Shown here: one piece after another, positions 1 to 10,142 of the stretch
How the letters are laid out: each line of letters opens with the position of its first letter
Numbering within the stretch: the first letter of the stretch is position 1
Assembly (NCBI GenBank): GCA_963846575.1
Contig: CAWJWJ010000002.1
Location: 2,176,001-2,240,000, forward strand
From: an uncultured Nitrospiraceae bacterium
Lineage (GTDB): Bacteria; Nitrospirota; Nitrospiria; Nitrospirales; Nitrospiraceae
Length of the DNA: 64,000 nt
Direction: 5' to 3'
The notes under the pieces: generated by a model
The model's database searches: none
Seen by the model: the letters and a program-made list of their open reading frames with translations, nothing else
Told to the model about the DNA's origin: nothing
Made by a program: the position numbers and the translations under genes

Positions 1-166
1 TCCCCGATGAGACAAACCACACATGCTTTATACCGAAGTAGGTGCGAAATTCAGCTTCGCGTTGCCGGATGGAAGCTTGCGACCGCCCAAGACTCCGTAA
101 ACCCTCTAGGAGTTCGCTCCAGCTGATTGGTGCCGCAGATGGAGGGAGCGTTCGTTGCAGTTTCAT
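1..166 (-). CDS. DegT/DnrJ/EryC1/StrS-family PLP aminotransferase, 5' part only (runs off window edge)
   Basis: Hand translation from ATG at 166 (ATGA overlap with the upstream stop): MKLQRTLPPSAAPISWSELLEGLRSLGRSQASIRQREAEFRTYFGIKHVWFVSSG. The FxxYFGxKHxxxVSSG pattern is typical of the family N-terminus. Not in the ORF track. Confidence 0.7.
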   Translation of the reverse strand, partial: MKLQRTLPPSAAPISWSELLEGLRSLGRSQASIRQREAEFRTYFGIKHVWFVSSG

Positions 167-1212
167 GGAAGGTGCTTCACTATATGAGGGCCAATAACAT
201 TCGCAACGATCAGCGGCAATTTCTGCCACAGGCGAATAGCAAGCGCATACTTTGGATTCTGGGGATTAAGTTGCGGCAATGGACGGCCATCATTCGTCCA
301 ATAATACCAGTGAAGTTGCTTCGGCTTGGCGCCCCATTGCTCCTTGAAGCGATACGTTCCACTGTCAGGGGTTGATCGTCCAAAGTCGAAGGTCTGGAAG
401 CCCTGTTGGCAGGCATATTCCAGCACTGTGGCGTAAAGCAACATATTGGGTGCAAGCTTGTTATACCGTTTATCTGAAGCCGCCCATGGAATCTCCAGTG
501 AACAGCGAAACCCGTGTAAAAAGCCGGCGGCGACCGGGGCTCCGCCATGCGAGACAACACAAATTTGCGACTCTTTAGGAAAAATATCTAGGATTTTCGA
601 AAAGAATGCCTTTGCGTAGACTGGTGTTCCCAAGTCACGCATACACCGCGAAAACACGGCGTAAAACTCATCAAGACATTCTCTCCCTCCTACTCGCGCT
701 GTCATACCTTCTTTTTGTGCTCGGCGAACTTGGCTTCTCAATTTCGAAGGAAACTCTTTTTGTAATAACTCGTATGTGCTCGGCAACGACAGCCTCATAG
801 ACACTTTCCGTTCGCTGGCAATCCAGGAGATGTTCGTTTCCTCCTCATGCCGGAGCTCGATATGCTCTGCCTTCAATGCTTTAGCCTGTTCGATGGTATA
901 GGCCTCCAGCAAAGAACGTACGGACTGAGATTCTGCAACCAGACCGCCATAATTGACGAACGGCAATGACACCAGAAATCGGCCAAACACTCGACTGTCG
1001 AGAAGAACTAACGGAACAATGCCTTGCACAACGCCATCCCACCCTTTAACGGCTAAATAGTGCGTCTCATGCCCGAACGCATCCTCGATGATCCGGCGCC
1101 AACCGTGAAGATGGTATCCGGTGGATAATGGAGACTTCAGCACAAACGTGTCCCATGCCAGGACATCAGCATCCGTTCGCCCCAACATAGTCGGCACTAG
1201 GGCATCATTCAT
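163..1212 (-). CDS. FemAB-like (GNAT-fold) protein, XrtA/PEP-CTERM system-associated
   Basis: Motifs SLPFVNYGG, MRDLGTPVY, FDFGRS..DSGTYRFKEQWGA, LNPQNPKY. Start at 1212 preferred (ORF is open to 1239). Confidence 0.9.
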   Translation of the reverse strand: MNDALVPTMLGRTDADVLAWDTFVLKSPLSTGYHLHGWRRIIEDAFGHETHYLAVKGWDGVVQGIVPLVLLDSRVFGRFLVSLPFVNYGGLVAESQSVRSLLEAYTIEQAKALKAEHIELRHEEETNISWIASERKVSMRLSLPSTYELLQKEFPSKLRSQVRRAQKEGMTARVGGRECLDEFYAVFSRCMRDLGTPVYAKAFFSKILDIFPKESQICVVSHGGAPVAAGFLHGFRCSLEIPWAASDKRYNKLAPNMLLYATVLEYACQQGFQTFDFGRSTPDSGTYRFKEQWGAKPKQLHWYYWTNDGRPLPQLNPQNPKYALAIRLWQKLPLIVANVIGPHIVKHLP

Positions 1213-1216
1213 AAAA

Positions 1217-2608
1217 TCACCGTCGGCCCCCATGCTCACGCACCGCAGCAGTAAGCACCAGCGCCAATTCCTCTGTCAGGGAACGATAATCAAACCGATT
1301 GACACGCATAGCGTCTGGCGCAAGGAGTTGCCGCTTTCCGGTCGCCACCTCTTGTAACAGCGCCTTAATGCTAGCCACCTCATTGGGACTACTTACGCCC
1401 AAGGTGTGACGATTGACCAAATTGGCGGTGGCACCTTCGCCTCCAATGAGCATGAGGGGGCGGCCGGTCGCGATGTATTCGTAAATCTTGGCTGGCACCT
1501 GCAGTGGCGAGTCTGGCTGGAGCACCAACAATACGCTCGATCGTTTCATTTCCCGCAAGCAATCACTGTGAGAAATGGATGGCTCTCTCCGTAGCAATCC
1601 GTGCTTCTCAAGCTCCTTTGCATATCGCTCGCACTCCTGGTCGGTCGTATCCCATCCTCCCACGAATCGTAGCCGAAGTGCTTCCGGCCTCAAGCAACCA
1701 TCTTTAAAGAGCTCTGACACCGCTTGCAGTAATAAGCGAGGAGACCGCTTCCCATAAACGGTCCCAAAATGGCAGAGTTCGTAGCCATTTAAGGTCCCGG
1801 AAATCCCGGCATTTCCATTACCGACCTTTTCAGATGCAATCGCATCTCGGTCAAACCCATTAGGAATCCATGTGCAACGACCTTGAAGATCACCGTATTC
1901 CAGCATAAGTCGATCACGTAGCTCCTCTGTATTGGCTATGATTCGACCCGCGACCCTACAGACCTTCGCTTCAGCCGTTCGTGATTTCTGGGCGAGCACC
2001 TGAGAGCTGAATGAATAGAAGGGGTTGCAATTCCAAGGATCGCGATAATCCAGAACCAGCGGCCGGTTAAGCTGCTTCGCCAAAGCGCAGCCGACTAAGA
2101 AACTAGTCCAAGGCCCACCAGTTGCGAGTATGACATCTGGAACACCCTTTTCCCTGAGTTGTGGCAGGTGCCGTAGAGCCTGGCCATACCATCCTCGTTG
2201 CCGATCAGGGAACGCAAATGCCCAATCCAGCAAAAAATCTTTGAGGCTTGACAGATATTGCTGTGATGGAACCACCGAGGAGCCAACTGCATCGTTCTGT
2301 TCCCGCTCCTGAATGACTGCCTTCCGGAGCCGTGCTCTCAACCATTCACGGCCCTGCAGAATCTGTTGAAGCCGATCCTTATAGGCCACGCGAGTGACAT
2401 CCACAGTCGCCGGCACTCGTTCACCTAGGTTTTCGTCAACTTGATGCGCTGGATACACACACTCGGGTGTCGTAGTGAGTATATGAGACTGCCAGCCGTA
2501 CGCGTGTAGATATCGACAGAAACCAAGCGGCCGCATAGCGCCACTGGCGACGACTGGAGGAAAATAGTATGCGACTATGAGTACTCGCTTCACAGAGTCA
2601 TTGTCCAT
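1217..2608 (-). CDS. glycosyltransferase family 4 (GT-B)
   Basis: AYYFPP..SGAMR N-terminus, DYRDPW, IPNGFD, PAKIYEYIATGRP. Confidence 0.88.
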   Translation of the reverse strand: MDNDSVKRVLIVAYYFPPVVASGAMRPLGFCRYLHAYGWQSHILTTTPECVYPAHQVDENLGERVPATVDVTRVAYKDRLQQILQGREWLRARLRKAVIQEREQNDAVGSSVVPSQQYLSSLKDFLLDWAFAFPDRQRGWYGQALRHLPQLREKGVPDVILATGGPWTSFLVGCALAKQLNRPLVLDYRDPWNCNPFYSFSSQVLAQKSRTAEAKVCRVAGRIIANTEELRDRLMLEYGDLQGRCTWIPNGFDRDAIASEKVGNGNAGISGTLNGYELCHFGTVYGKRSPRLLLQAVSELFKDGCLRPEALRLRFVGGWDTTDQECERYAKELEKHGLLRREPSISHSDCLREMKRSSVLLVLQPDSPLQVPAKIYEYIATGRPLMLIGGEGATANLVNRHTLGVSSPNEVASIKALLQEVATGKRQLLAPDAMRVNRFDYRSLTEELALVLTAAVREHGGRR

Positions 2609-3020
2609 TCTCGAGGAGGCCGAGGATTGGGCGACTGATATTCTATTGAAGGATCAAGCAACAAATACCAAAGAGGGTCGTTATCTCCTGCATGCCGATA
2701 GAATACGTTGACACAACTCTGGCATTGGCAAATAGTAACTCGATCCAAGATACTCAGTGGAATCCAACAGTAATCAACCTTGGGCAGAGTGACCGAATAA
2801 CTAACCTACAGGCCAGCCCAGGGCTAGCTCCTACGGTGTATTCCGTGCTTTTCTCGGCTGCGAATATATGGGGAAAAGGATCGACCTGCATCGAGGTATC
2901 TGCGACAGGAAGCCGGGTAACGCCTTCGATACTTGAGATCATTGAAATTAAGGGGACGATGAAGCGTTCCCGCTCCCACATTGCCTGGCCCGGCCTGCAA
3001 AGATTCTCGCTTCGGTGAAC

Positions 3021-4916
3021 CTAGGCAGCCAAAACGGGATCCTCACATAACTGAGCTGAAAGAATTTCAAATTCAGCGACATGAAACAGCTTATTGGCGA
3101 AATCAGCTTCTCCTCGCCGATGACGATCCAAATCTTTTAGCAGAGCACTCGAGTTGTATATGCCACGCTCGCGAGCAGCCCGACTTCCTAAAATGTCTCG
3201 AAGAGGCTCATAAAGATCATGCGCGAACCACTTCCTACTCGCCGTAGGAAATCCCATTTTGTCTACCCGACTCCGCACGCATTCGGGAATCCGACCACGC
3301 ATCGCCTCCCGAAGGACGTACTTATTCCACGGCCCTCGAACCTTCCACTCGTCAGAGAGACCTGTGACAAATGACACCAAGCGATAGTCAAGGAACGGAA
3401 GCCTCGCCTCAACCGAATGAGCCATGGAGTTGCGGTCTTCTATCCTCAAATATAAAGGCAAGGGGGCTGAAACAACTGACTGTTTCAGCGAATTGGATAA
3501 CGTGCCAGAGCTTGGAGGTAATTCCTCATTGATGAAGTGTCTGGTTAAGTCCATAGAAAACCATGGATTCTGACGAAGACGCCTCTGCCGTCTGGCCTTG
3601 GCCCATCGCCGATACTGCTCGACTCTATACATTTCCCAAGAAAGGCAACGGGTCGCGGCATCAGTCATCCGTTCTCGCGTCCCCCCCCCGTGAGCCGCCG
3701 TGTAAGCCCTCACAGCCTCCCACGCTTCCCGCACTCGTCCCTGTCGTATAAGGGATACCCAATGATCTTGGAAGTAGCTCGAATAGCCGCCGATGGTTTC
3801 ATCCGCCCCCTGTCCATTCAATACAACGCGTATTCCCTGGGAAGCAGCAAGACGCATCAATTGGTATCCAACCACGGCAGTCATAGTATGCACCGGCTCA
3901 TCTTGGAACCACAGAACCTTCCGCAAGTCGCTCCACAATTCGGCCGGACTGGTTTCGAGTTGCCTTAACTGCGCACCCGTTTGGGCCAACGTTTCGGATA
4001 TGTACTTAGATTCATCAAACTCCTTAGCTATGTAGCAGAAGGCTTGGAGAGACTGTGCCTGTGTTTCGGCAAGACCATTACGTTGCCTGGCGGCGGCGCA
4101 AATAATTGCCGTTGAGTCCAGTCCCCCAGAGAGGCACACTCCGACTGGCACATCACTGCGCATCCGTATCCGAACTGAATCCTCAAATAGCTCCGCAAAC
4201 ATCTCGGCCGGGTTAGCAGACTCTCCTAGCGACAAGGTATCAAGTGACCAGAATAACCATTGGTGCCAGGTCCCATCCAGGGTGACCTCAAACCCACTCC
4301 CCGGAGGAATTTGCTGGACATCCTCGTAAAAGGTTTCAACCTGACTATCAAGACTTCCCTCGAGTAGAAACTTAGCAGTAGTCCGCCAATTCAGCGCATC
4401 CTTCAGATATCCCGACGCGCGCAAAGCCTTGATCTCGGAGGCAAACTGTATGACCGATTCGCTTCGACTGTAATAGAGAGGCTTCACACCGAATCGATCG
4501 CGCGAACCAAAAATCCGGTGTTGCTGCCGATCATAGATCACAAAGGCCCACATCCCATTAAGCTTCGACAAGCAGTCATGCCCCCATTGACGATACGCGG
4601 CAAGCAGAACTTCACTATCTCCGCTCGACCTAAACTGATGCCCCAAGTGCTTCAGTTCAGCTCGCAGCTCGATGTAGTTGAAAATTTCGCCATTGAACAC
4701 AAGCACATATTGACCATCTTCACTGACCATCGGCTGGTGGCCCGCATCAGATAAATCCAAAATCGCAAGTCGACGAAACCCCATTCCAACAGAACCGTCT
4801 ACGTAGATGCCTCCATCGTCGGGGCCTCGATGCAGCAAGCTCTTAGCCATCCGCTCGACAGCCGGGCGTTCGATGGGTTTACCGTTCAATCCTATGGCAA
4901 TGGCTATACCGCACAT
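3021..4916 (-). CDS. asnB: asparagine synthase (glutamine-hydrolysing)-like amidotransferase, probably amidating the glycan
   Basis: N-terminal MCGI Ntn nucleophile, HRGPD, RDRFGVKPLYY, LSGGLDS, GQGADE, EARLPFLD. Confidence 0.93.
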   Translation of the reverse strand: MCGIAIAIGLNGKPIERPAVERMAKSLLHRGPDDGGIYVDGSVGMGFRRLAILDLSDAGHQPMVSEDGQYVLVFNGEIFNYIELRAELKHLGHQFRSSGDSEVLLAAYRQWGHDCLSKLNGMWAFVIYDRQQHRIFGSRDRFGVKPLYYSRSESVIQFASEIKALRASGYLKDALNWRTTAKFLLEGSLDSQVETFYEDVQQIPPGSGFEVTLDGTWHQWLFWSLDTLSLGESANPAEMFAELFEDSVRIRMRSDVPVGVCLSGGLDSTAIICAAARQRNGLAETQAQSLQAFCYIAKEFDESKYISETLAQTGAQLRQLETSPAELWSDLRKVLWFQDEPVHTMTAVVGYQLMRLAASQGIRVVLNGQGADETIGGYSSYFQDHWVSLIRQGRVREAWEAVRAYTAAHGGGTRERMTDAATRCLSWEMYRVEQYRRWAKARRQRRLRQNPWFSMDLTRHFINEELPPSSGTLSNSLKQSVVSAPLPLYLRIEDRNSMAHSVEARLPFLDYRLVSFVTGLSDEWKVRGPWNKYVLREAMRGRIPECVRSRVDKMGFPTASRKWFAHDLYEPLRDILGSRAARERGIYNSSALLKDLDRHRRGEADFANKLFHVAEFEILSAQLCEDPVLAA

Positions 4917-4960
4917 AGAAATCTTCGTATCCTCTGTGATAAGCGCTTAAGCAATCTCAT

Positions 4961-5971
4961 CTACGTCATAACGACCTGTCTGAAATACTCAGTGGCCTTC
5001 CTCAATCCATCCTCCAACTCCACCTTTGGTTCCCAGCCGAGTAGACTTTTGGCTCTCGTGATATCGGGTCGGCGCACCTTTGGATCATCGGCAGGAAGGG
5101 GCTTCTCCTCAATCACACTTTTAGATCCAGTCAGTTTCAATATCATGTCCGCAATCCCACGGACTGTAAGTTCACGTGGATTGCCAATATTAACCGGGTC
5201 ATGAATGCTGTCCAGGATCGAATCAGACTTTTGAGTGAGGAATTTCGTACGATCGGTACGCTCTTCTAAAGACTTATCAGACTTAACCATCAACAGTGCC
5301 ACGATACCACGAACCAAATCATCGACATAGCAAAAGCTGCGCGTCTGAGAACCATTCCCAAATACCGTGAGCGGCTTTCCCTGCAACGCCTGGACGATGA
5401 AATTCGATACCACACGGCCATCTTTTGGTCTCATCCTGGGACCATAGGTATTGAATATCCTGACAATTCTCGTATCGACCCCGTGATAACGGTGATAGGC
5501 CATCGTTATAGCTTCAGCAAATCGCTTTGCCTCATCATAGACCCCACGAGCTCCAATGGGATTCACATTCCCCCAGTAAGTTTCCGGCTGGGGGTTCAGC
5601 AACGGATCTCCGTATACTTCGGAGGTGCTCGCCAGTAAGAAGCGTGCGCCTTTGGCCTTCGCCAGTCCGAGTGCCTTATGCGTACCAAGTGCACCTACCT
5701 TTAACGTCGCGATTGGCATCTCTAGATAGTCCTGCGGACTGGCTGGAGAGGCAAAATGCATGACGGCATCTAACTGACCGTCCACGTGGAGATAGTCACA
5801 AACATTATATTTCACAAAGCTGAACTTTGGATTCCCTATGAGGTGAGCGATGTTTTCAGCTCGGCCAGTGATCAAATTATCCAGCACGATCACATCATGC
5901 CCCTGGCCAATCAATAATTCAGACAAGTGACTACCAAGAAACCCTGCCCCTCCCGTAATCAGAATTCGCAT
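4961..5971 (-). CDS. uxs: UDP-glucuronate decarboxylase (UDP-xylose synthase) family SDR
   Basis: [47 protein letters not shown]. Confidence 0.9.
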   Translation of the reverse strand: MRILITGGAGFLGSHLSELLIGQGHDVIVLDNLITGRAENIAHLIGNPKFSFVKYNVCDYLHVDGQLDAVMHFASPASPQDYLEMPIATLKVGALGTHKALGLAKAKGARFLLASTSEVYGDPLLNPQPETYWGNVNPIGARGVYDEAKRFAEAITMAYHRYHGVDTRIVRIFNTYGPRMRPKDGRVVSNFIVQALQGKPLTVFGNGSQTRSFCYVDDLVRGIVALLMVKSDKSLEERTDRTKFLTQKSDSILDSIHDPVNIGNPRELTVRGIADMILKLTGSKSVIEEKPLPADDPKVRRPDITRAKSLLGWEPKVELEDGLRKATEYFRQVVMT

Positions 5972-6004
5972 GAATCGTGCCCTCCTTCACAAGCAGTCTT
6001 GTAA

Positions 6005-7852
6005 CTAATCAAGTTCAAACTCTTTCTTCCAGTCGGAATCGCCCTCAAGCGGCTTCTGGTCCGCCTTGAGCAAGATACAGTTCTCAAGAACCAGTACATC
6101 CATCTCCGTTCGCATGAAACATCGGTAAGCATCTTCCGGTGTACTGACGATTGGCTCTCCTCGAACATTGAACGATGTATTCACCAATACTGCGTGACCG
6201 GTCTTGGCTTCGAATGCCTTTAACAGGGCATAGTACCGTGGATTGGTATCCTCATGCACCGTCTGAACCCGCGCCGAATAATCAAGGTGGGTGACTGCCG
6301 GTATGTCAGACCGCGGCACATTCAGCAAGTCAATGCCCCACAATCCTTCAGGAACCGTGCTCGCAGGGAGTCGCCGTTTTTCAATGACCGGAGCCACCAG
6401 CAGCATGTATGGACTGTCGGCATCCAGAATGAAGTAGTCGGAAGCCCGCTCCCTCAGCACGGACGGGGCAAATGGGCGGAACGACTCGCGATACTTAATC
6501 TTAAGATTCATCACTGATTGCATGTCTCGATTGCGCGCATCGCCCAATATACTTCGGCCACCCAAGGCGCGTGGCCCAAATTCCATGCGGCCCTGGAGCC
6601 ACCCCACAACCTTGCCGGCTGCTAATTCCTCAGCCACACGCGCATACAACTGGTTTCCATCAAGACGACGATATGGAGCGCCCGCATTCTTCAGGTATGC
6701 TTCTATCTCTTCATTAGTGTGAGAAGGACCCAAATATGATCCCTTAAGACCATCCTTCCCATCCTTTACTACCTTGCGGGGTTGTTGTTCGTACTGATGC
6801 CATGCGGTCAACGCCGCCCCCAATGCACCTCCCGCATCCCCCGCCGCCGGTTGGATCCAGAGGCCTTTGAAAGGCCCTTCTCGCAATATACGACCGTTAC
6901 CGACGCAGTTTAAAGCGACTCCACCCGCCATGCAGAGGTACTCTGCGCCAGTCTCGCGCTGAAGGGTTCGTGATAGGCGCAACATCACTTCTTCAGTCAC
7001 TTCCTGAACCGAGCGAGCTAGGTCCATTTCACGCTGCGTCAATTTGGACTCAGGCTTCCGCGGAGGACCGCCGAAGACTTCGTCAAACTTGCTTCCGGTC
7101 ATAGTAAGACCGGTGCAATAATTAAAATAGTCCATATTCAAACGAAACGTTCCGTCCGGCTTTAGATCCAGCAAGTGCTCATAAATAGCTTTCACATATT
7201 TTGGCTCCCCATAAGGAGCAAGTCCCATCACCTTGTACTCACCAGAGTTCACCCTAAATCCAGTGTAGTAGGTGAAGGCAGAATAGAGCAGTCCGATTGA
7301 ATGAGGAAACGGAATTTCCCACAGAGGACGGAGGGCATTTCCCTCACCTAACCAAGCTGAGGTAGTGGCCCACTCGCCCACCCCATCCATACACAGAACC
7401 ACAGCCTTTTCATACGGCGAAGGAAAGAACGCAGATGCCGCATGAGATTCGTGATGTTCCGAAAATAGAATTTGTGGCAGAGAGGTGGTCGTCATTTCCG
7501 GTGCGTGAACAAGGAACTCCTTTTGGAGCAGACTTTTCAGCAGAAGTTTCTCCTTTAGCCAGATCGGCATGGCCGCAACGAACGATCGCAGACCTCGGGG
7601 GGCGAAGGCGAGGTAGGTCTCCAAGAGCCGCTCAAACTTGACAAGCGGCTTATCATAAAATACTAGGTATTTCACATCCTGAAGGGTGATCTGACCTTCG
7701 CGACAGCAGTAGTCCAATGCCTTATGGGGAAATCCTGGATCATGTTTCTTACGGGTAAATCGCTCTTCCTGCGCCGCCGCGATGATCTCTCCATCACGCA
7801 CTAAGCACGCAGCACTGTCATGGTAGAAGGCAGAAATGCCTAGGATATTCAT
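6005..7852 (-). CDS. O-carbamoyltransferase (NodU/CmcH/TobZ family)
   Basis: MNILGISAFYHDSAA, QEERFTRKKH, HHESHAASAF, EYKVMGLAPYG, GPRALGGRSI, RESFRPFAP. Start placed at ATG 7852. Confidence 0.95.
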   Translation of the reverse strand: MNILGISAFYHDSAACLVRDGEIIAAAQEERFTRKKHDPGFPHKALDYCCREGQITLQDVKYLVFYDKPLVKFERLLETYLAFAPRGLRSFVAAMPIWLKEKLLLKSLLQKEFLVHAPEMTTTSLPQILFSEHHESHAASAFFPSPYEKAVVLCMDGVGEWATTSAWLGEGNALRPLWEIPFPHSIGLLYSAFTYYTGFRVNSGEYKVMGLAPYGEPKYVKAIYEHLLDLKPDGTFRLNMDYFNYCTGLTMTGSKFDEVFGGPPRKPESKLTQREMDLARSVQEVTEEVMLRLSRTLQRETGAEYLCMAGGVALNCVGNGRILREGPFKGLWIQPAAGDAGGALGAALTAWHQYEQQPRKVVKDGKDGLKGSYLGPSHTNEEIEAYLKNAGAPYRRLDGNQLYARVAEELAAGKVVGWLQGRMEFGPRALGGRSILGDARNRDMQSVMNLKIKYRESFRPFAPSVLRERASDYFILDADSPYMLLVAPVIEKRRLPASTVPEGLWGIDLLNVPRSDIPAVTHLDYSARVQTVHEDTNPRYYALLKAFEAKTGHAVLVNTSFNVRGEPIVSTPEDAYRCFMRTEMDVLVLENCILLKADQKPLEGDSDWKKEFELD

Positions 7853-7973
7853 TGTTGTTCCCCTAATAGAAGGATTTAGCCGATTCCATAATCTCACGCT
7901 GTTTGAGCATGCTTACACCACCAGGAGGGGAACTTTCCATTGGCCTGACTGACTGATAGACATCTAGAGACGT

Positions 7974-9134
7974 TTAAGCCGCCTTACATTCCTCAATGAG
8001 CGCCAAATAACGATTAGCGATGGTGGCCCAATTGTACTCGCGAAAAGCCCATTCTCTCGCTTCTTTAGCCAAGGCGTCTCGAAAGGGAATATCGGAATGC
8101 AAACGAATCAGAGCCTCGGCCAGGGACATAGGATCTTCCGACGGTACAAGAAGGCCTGTCATACCATCCTGCACAATTTCCGGCACACCATCCACATTAC
8201 TACCAATAACCGCCTTTCCACAGGCCATAGCCTCCGCAATGACGAGAGGCATTCCTTCCGCTCGTGAGGCAAGTACAAATATTGAGCACAACTTCATGAG
8301 ACACAACACCTGATCGTGCGATTGATTGCCCAAAAAGAGAACCTGATCCGACACATTATGCTCACGTGAGAGGCGAGACAGATTCTCCCGCTCCGGTCCG
8401 TCTCCTGCGATTACAAGATTCAGCCTCACGCAACGGGCTTTCGCCAGTCGTAAGGCAGCGATTATGATATCGACTCCCTTTCGGTGGATCAGATGCCCTG
8501 CGGTAAAGACGTAATCTGGCGGAAGACCAACCTGAGATTGAGTTGTCTCAACGGCCACAATGCCATCCAGGGGTGCACCATTTGGGAGCAGCTGACTGCG
8601 TGACAAGTGCAAGTCCGGTATAGCGCATTTGACTTTTAATAAAAGCGTTCGCGATACAGCTAAAACAATATCTGCCTTCTCTAGGAGGAACTTCACCAAC
8701 CGGTGTTCGCCGGGAGTCCAGAGAGGCAAATCATGCGCATCGTTTCCCTGGTAAGTGATCAAAAGCGGGCATCCCGCTAGAGTCTTCAGAATTCCAAAGT
8801 AAAACATGGTCGGCAGTGGGTACTGAATGATGATGGCCTCTAATCGCTTGCGGCGAGCCAACAGGACGAGTTGAAGCATTGTGAATGGAAACCACAGACA
8901 ACTCATGATGATCGCACGAAGCGGATGGGTCGGTGATGCAGGCGACCGGAGGTACATGCCGTAAACAGGCGTATCTTCCAGCGATTCGATTTGAGTGAGA
9001 AGGTTCTCCTTATCTGCGACAAAAATGCTAACACTATGACCTTTCTTTTTAAATTCGCCGGTCAACCGCGTAATAACGGTGCTGATCCCCCCGGTCAAAG
9101 AAGGCCGCCATGGAGTAACGAGCAGAATGTTCAT
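7974..9134 (-). CDS. glycosyltransferase family 4
   Basis: HRKGVD, EGMPLVIAEAMACG (EX7E), VDGVPEIV. Confidence 0.92.
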   Translation of the reverse strand: MNILLVTPWRPSLTGGISTVITRLTGEFKKKGHSVSIFVADKENLLTQIESLEDTPVYGMYLRSPASPTHPLRAIIMSCLWFPFTMLQLVLLARRKRLEAIIIQYPLPTMFYFGILKTLAGCPLLITYQGNDAHDLPLWTPGEHRLVKFLLEKADIVLAVSRTLLLKVKCAIPDLHLSRSQLLPNGAPLDGIVAVETTQSQVGLPPDYVFTAGHLIHRKGVDIIIAALRLAKARCVRLNLVIAGDGPERENLSRLSREHNVSDQVLFLGNQSHDQVLCLMKLCSIFVLASRAEGMPLVIAEAMACGKAVIGSNVDGVPEIVQDGMTGLLVPSEDPMSLAEALIRLHSDIPFRDALAKEAREWAFREYNWATIANRYLALIEECKAA

Positions 9135-9160
9135 GAGATGAATTGCACCTGTCGCTCTAC

Positions 9161-10132
9161 CTACCCTCGAGAATCTGATGCGGTGTCTTGAGGGGTTAGA
9201 GAGGGTCGCAACTCGCTCCGAGAGAGATACGTTTTGAATAGATCCAGATACAACTCAAACCGCAATGGTCGCCGCCGAATAAGACTTCGAATCCGTCGGC
9301 GTGCCGCTGCCGTCAGGCATTCTTGTCGCTCCACATATGCCAGTTGACGTTGGGTGGCATACATTTGCCTGCTGACGATTTGCCCCATCTCGGCACCGTG
9401 CGATCGCTCAAGTCCCTGTTCAGTCAACAGTATCTCGTAAATCTTAACAAAATCCTCCAGCAATCGGCGTTGACTGGACATGAGACTACCCCCCCGCCAT
9501 CTATACTGCCCCAGCGGCTCAGAAAGATATCCCACCTCGTACTCACGCAGCACCACGTGAATCCAATGCAGGTAATCCTGGGCTATAGGCAATCGCAAAT
9601 CGAAATTCCCGGCTTTTTCAAACACACTGCGGCGCTCCATCACGGTCAGAGTCTGAATATGGGAACGCAGAAGAACGTCTCGCAAGCAGTGCCCCTGTGG
9701 TACCGCTCTTTTGGTCTCCTGATTAAATCGGGTGTAGAGAATCTGGTCATCTTCATCGATCACAGAAACTTCTGTGTGAACAAAACCACAAGTAGGATGC
9801 GCATCAAGATATTCGACTTGCCGCAGCAACTTTTCAGGTGTCCAGAGATCGTCGGCGTCAAGATAGGCAATAAACTCACCCCTTGCGCGCGACACAGCGA
9901 CATTACGAGCCGCCGAAGCACCCTGATTCTCCTGATAAACATAGTGCACCGGATCACCAAATCGCGCCATTAATTCTTGCGTCTCATCCGTTGATCCATC
10001 GTCAACCACGATCACTTCGAAGTCTTGATACGTTTGTCTCAATACGGAGTCGATCGTCCGCACAAGAAATCGTGCACAGTTGTAGGTCGGAATAATGACT
10101 GATACGCGAGGCATGGGAGGGCTTTTCCACAC
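9161..10132 (-). CDS. glycosyltransferase family 2
   Basis: VSVIIPTYN, VVDDGSTD, NQGASAARN, LDADD. Alternative start ATG 10114. Confidence 0.93.
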   Translation of the reverse strand: MWKSPPMPRVSVIIPTYNCARFLVRTIDSVLRQTYQDFEVIVVDDGSTDETQELMARFGDPVHYVYQENQGASAARNVAVSRARGEFIAYLDADDLWTPEKLLRQVEYLDAHPTCGFVHTEVSVIDEDDQILYTRFNQETKRAVPQGHCLRDVLLRSHIQTLTVMERRSVFEKAGNFDLRLPIAQDYLHWIHVVLREYEVGYLSEPLGQYRWRGGSLMSSQRRLLEDFVKIYEILLTEQGLERSHGAEMGQIVSRQMYATQRQLAYVERQECLTAAARRRIRSLIRRRPLRFELYLDLFKTYLSRSELRPSLTPQDTASDSRG

Positions 10133-10142
10133 AAAAGACGGC

